A stretch of DNA of 64,000 nucleotides, from NCBI RefSeq assembly GCF_009914755.1, contig NC_060925.1. One strand, 5' to 3'. Position numbers and translations under genes: made by a program. Every line of letters starts with the position of its first letter. The stretch's first letter is position 1. This DNA comes from the human T2T-CHM13v2.0 reference genome, Homo sapiens. Positions 52,623 through 64,000 of this stretch are shown one piece after another. Under the pieces are notes generated by a model. The model searched no databases. It saw only the letters and a list, made by a program, of their open reading frames with translations, and was not told where the DNA came from.

Positions 52623-54077
52623 GTTCTATTTTGTTCTGTTTTGTTCTAAGTACTTATTATATCCCAGGCACTTTACCTACAAAATCTCATTTAACAATCA
52701 TAACAACATGGCAAGAAAAGTATTCATATTTCCATTTTACAGAAGAGGAAACTGAAGCTCTCACAGAAATTAACCATGAGAAGTTGCCCAAGGGCACAAT
52801 ACTGACAATGTGGTAGAAGCAGCATCCAAAATCAGGTTTATTTGACTCTAAAGCTGTAGCTCTATATAACAAACCATTCTGTGTCCCTCTTTTTTTTTTC
52901 ATTTTGAAAATTATTCTCTAAACAAAAAAGTAGAAAATTTATCTCCTCTCCTTTGGAATCACGTCCCAGGTTAAAAGGAAATACTAAAACAGCCATGCTT
53001 TCAATTTGCTTCTCAGGACAGACGAATATTTTTTTATTAAAAGCTTTGGTGGATAACAAACAGGGCAGTAAATCTAAGAGAGAGAGAGCAGCACTTGTTC
53101 ATAAGAAACCTTTCCCTTTCTCAAAGCACCTGGGAATTACAGGACGACTGATCTACTTTACAGCTGTATGGTACTGCTTTTTAGGGCAGAGATCAAGTCA
53201 TCAGGTACTGTCAGACCAGATGCTTGAAGCTATCTGCCTGCAGGAGGTAAACCAACCATATTCTTTCATCCAGTTTTCCTGAAGCTAATGGCAAATATTT
53301 ATGAGCTATTAATAGGTAGAGGTCTAGGTTCAGTCTCAGTCTCAGTCAGTATCCAGGCTATAACCAGGCCCATATTGAATTTTGTTGCTGGCGTCAGGGA
53401 TAGAGCCAAGATAAGAGCCAAGAGTCCTTCTTCAGATGGACTGAAGAAGGAATCAGTCACTCCACAACCAGAGGACAATAAAAATAAATATTTATTTATT
53501 AAAAACCAAAATATTTATAATTTGCAACATCAAATAAGCATGTTTAGTAAAGCTGATGTAACATTATCCTAATTGTATTTACACCATTAATCTGCTATGT
53601 TTAGCTGAGACATTTTTCATCACTAATGCAATGCTCAAGTTGAACTTTTATAAATGTCAGATTATTAGAATCCACATTCATGAAGCTTCACCTTACAGCA
53701 GTTTTCCAAAGCTGAGAATTGGAATAGATCAATTTTAAATGAAAAAAAGAGAGAATATATTGTGGATTGCAAACAGCAGATAAAATATTTTCTTATTAAA
53801 GGCTGCTCTCTCCAATGAATTTTAGAGAACACTGAGATCTCCCCTTTGTTTAAAGATAATCACGTTTTTCTCAGAGTGGTTCACCTAGGGTTTTACCTTG
53901 GGCATGAATTTTTCATGACTGATTGATTGAAAAGACAATGCCAACAGAGCATAATATAAGCGTGGGGACCTGTCTTACAAGGTAGAGTTAAATTACTCCA
54001 AGGATTAGGATGACAAAGCCAGGCGCTGTCTTCAACTCAGCAAGTAAATTAACAATTACAAATCTGTTGAAAAATGA

Positions 54078-54343
54078 GAAAAATCAATTAGAAAAAGGTT
54101 GACTTGTACTAAAAAGCAGTGTTTGCTTTATTGAACACCTTTCAGTGGATTTTGGAAACAAACAGAGAAAGCAATATGGGAAAATGCCTGTCTTTGGGCA
54201 TGGTATGGGGCAAGTTGAAGTTGGGGGACAGTTGGGCTGGGAAAAAGAAGACCCGTCTTTTTTTTTTTCAGCTATGCCACCAACTTATTTGACCTTAGGA
54301 AAATTACTTGCTGTCTCTGGTCTTCAATTTTCCCACTTCTAAA
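54078..54343 (-). repeat. Right arm of a 266-bp inverted duplication
   Basis: See left arm; spacer 1455 bp. Confidence 0.95.
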
Positions 54344-54373
54344 ATGAAGATAAATGACTAATTCCAAACCTGC

Positions 54374-55106
54374 TAAAACCATTTTTTGAAAAAATTATGT
54401 CACTGAGAAAATTATGGTAATGGGGGAGATCTGATCTAGCCAACTCCTATCTTGCCTTTAGCCTTTAAGCTGCACTTAATTATTCCTGGGCTTAAGCCAA
54501 ACTAACCTTGGGGGACATTTAGTTTAGTAAATAGTTGAAATGATGATATTCCATCCCCAGAACTCAACTGCCTTTGCAAAGCCAATGAGAAACCACCATG
54601 CTAGGAGGATAGCGAAGCCTGAATGCTGCTAAAGCATAACTATAATAGATTTCCAGCCATAATTTCAGAGGTCACAAGATATGTAACTTCCCCAATTACT
54701 CCTGCAGATAACATTACTATTGTAGAACCTAAGATTGGCCTTTCGAGATATCTTTTCAGGATTTTTTTGCATGTCTGGCACCAATGGCTCCACTTGGACC
54801 TGCCAGCTACTACTGTGGCCCCACCTAGAAGGGACTCAGCACGCAGAAGGACCATTTCCCACACCCCTATGATTGCACCCCCAACCAGTTAGCAGTAAGA
54901 ACCCATTGCCTAGCCACCCTCACCACTTACCGCAAACTACTTTTGAAAAACCCCAGCCCCCATGTTCTCTGAGAGATTGATTTGAGTATTAACCCCATCT
55001 CCTAAATGTTGTGGCCATTTTTGTGTCAGTTAAACTGTTTCTTTACTGCAATGCCATGGTCTCTGTGAATTGGTTTTGTTTGTGCAGCAAGCAAGAAGAG
55101 CCCATC
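54374..55106 (+). mobile_element. LTR8-family (ERV1) solo LTR
   Basis: attcctgggcttaagccaaactaac...atttagttta; ccagccataatttcagaggtcacaagat..aacttccccaattactcctgcagataacat; ttaaactgtttctttactgcaat. Confidence 0.7.
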
Positions 55107-55870
55107 ACTCACTGCCTAAGGAGGGCAGTGAGTGAATGTCAGTCACGGGGCTACAGTCAAATACACATTCTAGAGAATGGGTCCCACTAGAAATAAACCA
55201 GAGGACTGAGTGCCAGGAGTTTAACAGACAAAAGTCTTTAGGAAGAAGGAAAGGAGAGGATTCTAAAAAGTTCAACTCCAAATGTCAAGTTCAAGGGCCA
55301 GAGGTAGATATTAAGGTCCAGAGCAACGAATTAAGGAGTATAGACAAAGTAACACAGTTAATTGAGGTCAAGGTGAAAAAGGCAGCTCTAGATTCTACAG
55401 ATACCTGGCTGATTAATTTCTTTATTTTTAAAAAAATTGTTTATTGAACTCTGCTTATACGATCTAAACTGTTTCATGTGCTGAGGTTACACAGATCAGA
55501 CATACATTGTTCTTGTCTTCAAATACTTTACATTTTAGTGGGGGAGATAAATAAAAAACCAGTAAATAAATAGACCTATAATTCAATGTCAGATAGCAAT
55601 AATTACAACGAAGAAAAAGAAAACAGTAAAGGGTAAGAAAATAGAATGGGAAATAGGCTATAGTTTATTTGGCTTTAAGTTATTATTACTGTATATATAA
55701 TTTGTTGAACACTAAGTTCCAAAGAAATAATTAGGCACTTTTACATTGCACATTATTTCTAATCCTCAAAATAAGTATTACAGGCAGACATTATTTCTCA
55801 TTTTACAGATTTGGGAACTAATAAGAAAAAAAGACCCTAAAAGATCAAGCAACTTCTTGTTTTGGTCACT

Positions 55871-56266
55871 TTCACAGATGAGATGGGCTCTCTCACACAA
55901 AATTTGGTTTGGATGTTGAGAATGATGATGCCACATATGCAAAAAGAGTACGAAAAAATTAATTACTCACATGATGAGACTTTCTGGCAAGAGTAGAACA
56001 GTCTCTCAAACTGGTCTGACAATGACTCGAGAGAGCAAGAAAGAAGGCTGGCTTGGGGGTTTATGGTGGTTAGGAGATGAAGCCATCATGAGGATTCCCA
56101 TGTGCACACACCAGGACTTGTGTGGTTTGAACATTCTGCCAGTGCTAAAGGAGGATGCAGTGTGCTTTCCTGTCTGTTTGCTCAGACATGCAGAAGGAGA
56201 AGGAAGGATAGGGCTTAAAAGGTGTTAGCAGTCAATGTCAAAAATAGAGTCAGACTCTTTACTCAA
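55871..56266 (-). mobile_element. ERV1 MER4-group solo LTR (MER93-like, tentative)
   Basis: Reverse starts tgagtaaagagtctgactctattttt.acattgactgct. Confidence 0.45.
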
Positions 56267-56297
56267 CTTTCCAATGATAATACAGCTGTATGTGGCA

Positions 56298-56936
56298 ACA
56301 CGATACTGTGATTTATAATAAATACATATTTGGCTTTGTCCTCAGTTTCCTGGCATACAGCTACTAAAACCCTTGGAATCTTCAGAGTGATAAAGTCATC
56401 ACAATGGCCAATAATGAAGCATCCAAAAGAAATCTTAAAAGGACAGGATTCAGAAATCTTCTGCGCTGCTGAACAAATGGAAGTGCTGGGAGGGTTGCTT
56501 GCCCAGAAAGCACAGAAGCCCCAAACCCTTTTCTATATCTTGCCCCATATATTTCTTCATGTGGCAGTTATATATGTTTCCCACAGTTCTGTGAGCTGCT
56601 TTAGCAAATTAATGAAGCCTGAGGAAGGGGCTGTGGAAACTGCCAATTTATAGGCAGTTGGTTAGAAGTATAGATGGCATCCTACTACTTGTGATGGGCA
56701 TCTGAAGTGGGAGGCAAGCTTGTGGAACTGAACACTTAACCCCTGGCATCTGACTATCTCCAGGTAGATAGTCAGAATTGAATGAAATCATAGGCTACTC
56801 AGTTGGTGTCCATTGGAGAATTGCTTGGTGTGTGTGAGAAAATCCCCAGACATATGTTGGTTACCAGAGGCGTTCTGTGTTGAGTGTTGTATTAAAAGTT
56901 ACAGTAGGAAAACCTACTTTTTTTGTATGTCTTACA
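56298..56936 (+). mobile_element. MER21-family LTR
   Basis: tgtgatttataata...tttcctggcatacagct.ctaaaacccttggaatct; ggcatctgaagtgg; ccaggtagatagtcagaattgaat; cagttggtgtcc.ttggagaattgcttggtgtg. Confidence 0.7.
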
Positions 56937-57433
56937 GGAAGAATGAACTGCAGGTCTGCTTTTGTGTTGCTCTAAAGTCCATGCTTTTTTGTTTTACACT
57001 ATGATAACTCAAATGAAGAGATTTTGTCATTTCTCTTCAATGAGGCTCTTTGTCTCAAAAAAAGGAGTAGGGGTATGGTACTATTCAAAAGACACTACAG
57101 AGATGGTTAGATGATGGGTAGGTGGACTGATTATACTATGTAAAACAACTTAAAATGCTCTTAAAACAATGGAGAACTAACAAAATATTAAGAAAGTAGG
57201 GGGAGGACCCAAGATGGCCGAATAGGAACAGCTCCGGTCTACAGCTCCCAGCGTGAGCGACGCAGAAGACAGGTGATTTCTGCATTTCCATCTGAGGTAT
57301 CGGGTTCATCTCACTAGGGAGTGCCAGACAGTGGGCGCAGGTCAGTAGGTGCTCGCACCGTGCGCGAGCCAAAGCAGGGCGAGGCATTGCCTCACTTGGG
57401 AAGCGCAAGGGGTCAGGGAGTTCCCTTTACGAG

Positions 57434-57649
57434 TCAAAGAAAGGGGTGACAGACGCACCTGGAAAATCGGGTCACTCCCACCCGAATATTGCGCTTTTCG
57501 GACGGGCTTAAAAAACGGCGCACCAAGAGATTATATCCCGCACCTGGCTTGGAGGGTCCTAGGCCCATGGAGTCTCGCTGACTGCTAGCACAGCAGTCTG
57601 AGATCCAACTGCAAGGCGGCAGCGAGGCTGGGGGAGGGGCGCCCGCCAT
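57434..57649 (-). CDS. Intact L1 ORF0 (71 aa) downstream of the antisense promoter
   Basis: MAGAPPPASLPPCS...RFSRCVCHPFL*, 216 nt, the C-terminal part of ORF-track 57434-57718; both ORF0 donors CAG|GTGCG intact; expression not shown. Confidence 0.7.
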   Translation of the reverse strand: MAGAPPPASLPPCSWISDCCASSQRDSMGLGPSKPGAGYNLLVRRFLSPSEKRNIRVGVTRFSRCVCHPFL

Positions 57650-58104
57650 TGCCCAGGCTTGCTTAGGTAAACAAACCAGCTGGGAAGCTGGAACTGGGTG
57701 GTGCCCACCACAGCTCAAGAAGGCCTGCCTGCCTCTGTAGGCTCCACCTCTGGGGGCAGGGCACAGACAAACAAAAAGACAGCACTAACCTCTGCAGACT
57801 TAAATGTCCCTGTCTGACAGCTTTGAAGAGAGCAGTGGTTCTCCCAGCACGCAGCTGGAGATCTGAGAACGGGCAGACTGCCTCCTCAAGTGGGTCCCTG
57901 ACCCCTGACCCCCGAGCAGCCTAACTGGGAGGCACCCCCAAGCAGGGGCACACTGACACCTCACACGGCAGGGTATTCCAACAGACTCGCAGCTGAGGGT
58001 CCTATCTGTTAGAAGGAAAACTAACAAACAGAAAGGACATCCACACCAAAAACCCATCTGTACATCACCATCATCAAAGACCAAAAGTAGATAAAACTGC
58101 AAAG

Positions 58105-59122
58105 ATGGGGAAAAAACAGAACAGAAAAACGAAACTCTAAAACGCAGAGCGTCTCTCCTCCTCCAAAGGAACGCAGTTCCTCACCAGCAACGGAACAAAG
58201 CTGGATGGAGAATGACTTTGACGAGCTGAGAGAGGAAGGCTTCAGACGATCAAATTACTCTGAGCTACAGAAGGAAATTCAAACCAAAGGCAAATAAGTT
58301 GAAAACTTTGAAAAAAATTTAGAAGAATGTATAACTAGAATAACCAATACAGAGAAGTGCTTAAAGGAGCTGATGGAGCTGAAAACCAAGGCTCAAGAAC
58401 TACGTGAAGAATGCAGAAGCCTCAGGAGCCGATGCGATCAACTGGAAGAAAGGGTATCAGCAATGGAAGATGAAATGAATGAAATGAAGCGAGAAGGGAA
58501 GTTTAGAGAAAAAAGAATAAAAAGAAATGAGCAAAGCCTCCAAGAAATATGGGACTATGTGAAAAGACCAAATCTACGTCTGATTGGTGTACCTGAAAGT
58601 GACGGGGAGAATGGAACCAAGTTGGAAAACACTCTGCAGGATATTATCCAGGAGAACTTCCCCAATCTAGCAAGGCAGGCCAACGTTCAGATTCAGGAAA
58701 TACAGAGAATGCCACAAAGATACTCCTCGAGAAGAGCAACTCCAAGACACATAATTGTCAGATTCACCAAAGTTGAAATGAAGGAAAAAATGTTAAGGGA
58801 AGCCAGAGAGAAAGGTCGGGTTACCCTCAAAGGGAAGCCCATCAGACTAACAGCAGCGGATCTCTCGGCAGAAACCCTACAAGCCAGAAGAGAGTGGGGG
58901 CCAATATTCAACATTCTTAAAGAAAATAATTTTCAATCCAGAATTTCATATCCAGCCAAACTAAGCTTCATAAGTGAAGGAGAAATAAAATACTTTACAG
59001 ACAAGCAAATGCTGAGAGATTTTGTCACCACCAGGCCTTCCCTAAAAGAGCTCCTGAAGGAAGCGCTAAACAGGGAAAGGAACAACCGGTACCAGCCACT
59101 GCAAAATCATGCCAAAATGTAA
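58105..59122 (+). pseudogene. L1 ORF1, disrupted near the N-terminus
   Basis: ATG 58105; small deletion at ~58130; TAA at ~58295; residual 249-aa ORF 58373-59122 with a 3-nt insertion (LTAADL). Confidence 0.9.
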
Positions 59123-59185
59123 AGACCATCGAGACTAGGAAGAAACTGCATCAACTAACGAGCAAAATCACCAGCTAACTTCATA

Positions 59186-62850
<3,665 letters not shown>

Positions 62851-63559
62851 ACAATGAGATCACATGGACACAGGAAGGGGAATATCACACTCTGGGGACT
62901 GTGGTGGGGTGGGGGGAGGGGGGAGGGATAGCATTGGGAGATATACCTAATGCTTGATGACGAGTTAGTGGGTGCAGCACACCAGCATGGCACATGTATA
63001 CATATGTAACTAACCTGCACAATGTGCACATGTACCCTAAAATTTAAAGTATAATAAAAAAAAAAAAGAAAGAAAGTACCAGGCCAAAATTTAAGTTAAT
63101 TCTAGATCCAACAGAGAGCATTTGCTGAATCTGGTGAATCTAAGCTTGGCAAAATAGGGATTGGTTTTCAGGGATGTCAAGGCCATTGCGAATTTTAAAA
63201 ATCATAGAAAAGTGAGACCAAAATTCTGTGCAATTTTCCTTCAATTCACTTGCAAAATTCTAAGCTGCTCATATACATGGTGAAATGCTAATAAAACAAG
63301 TAGAAAGTGGTACCTATGAGGTTAAAATGCTAAGTGGAGCTTTCAACAGTCTCAAAGTGCTGCAGAAAGACAGTTTGGAGTTCAAGGCCTACCAAGTTGG
63401 AAAATTGTGGTAAATACCCAATACTGTTTGAGATGCCAAGGGACTGTGCACTTGAGATGAAGGGCTATGCCCTTGGAGTAAGGGCAAGCCAAACATATAC
63501 CTGAATTGATATATTTGAAATTCAACCTCGACTGGATAAACATGATCTTCTCAAATGCT

Positions 63560-63690
63560 GTCTGCCTGGTAAAAAAAAATTAAATCCTCTCTAGAGGAAA
63601 ATAATATACATAAAAGCCTCCACATTTTCCAAGCACAATATCCTGCATCAACTAAATTTACAGACATGTCAAGAAATAGTAACAAATGAG

Positions 63691-63723
<33 letters not shown>

Positions 63724-64000
63724 AAGAGAGAGAGAGGAAGGAACCTGACCATCTGACCCACAGGCCAATCAAATATTTAAGGTATTGACAGGGGCTTTAA
63801 AACAATTATAATGAATGTTTTTGGCAAAATAGAGGGAAGACAGAAAAATTTACTAGACAACTAGAATATAAAGAATTAAATGAAAATTACAGAATTAAAA
63901 ATATAATAACTGAAATTAAGAATTTAACAGATGGGTTTAAATAACATATTAGATCCTGAAGAAGAAAGGAATAGTGAAATGACATACATATGCTGGCATA
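63560..64000 (+). mobile_element. Ancient L1M ORF1-region relic containing (CA)n(GA)n at 63692-63737
   Basis: aaatgaaaatt.cagaattaaaaatataataactgaaattaagaatt.aacagatggg. Confidence 0.55.

Noticed and set aside
52358-54342. Two near-identical 65-aa ORFs (52358-52555 minus, 54145-54342 plus) that look like a duplicated small gene
   Set aside because: They are the translation of the inverted-repeat arms, start at GTG, run through a homopolymer and end in MIR sequence

Overview
Primate (most likely human) genomic DNA that is almost entirely intronic and rich in repeats. The only host coding sequence I can support is one 95-nt exon on the minus strand (20450-20544, RVIFNIVNFSKTKSLYRDGMAPMVKSTSRPKW). 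I recognise it as AGBL4 (cytosolic carboxypeptidase 6, CCP6), so the whole window lies in two very large AGBL4 introns. The rest is transposon-derived: three near full-length L1s (L1PA13-like 24.9-30.9 kb, L1PA3-like 31.9-38.0 kb, L1PA2-like 57.2-63.1 kb), a two-LTR ERV1/MER4-group provirus (44011-51660), seven Alus plus a FLAM, THE1/MLT/LTR8/MER21 LTRs, L2, MIR and DNA transposon relics. The most interesting structure is a set of L1 promoters upstream of the exon. (1) A full-length L1PA3 has its first ~640 nt flipped by twin priming, so its sense promoter and 5'UTR splice donor face the AGBL4 exon, while its antisense promoter faces its own ORF1/ORF2. (2) An L1PA2 carries an intact 71-aa ORF0 on the AGBL4 strand, and its second splice donor is in phase with the next AGBL4 exon. 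Also notable: shared non-consensus variants between the two young L1s (possible gene conversion), a 266-bp mostly non-TE inverted duplication, and a tRNA-Glu relic inside the ERV. Repeat subfamily names come from recalled consensus sequences, and boundaries of old repeats are approximate. All expression claims are predictions.
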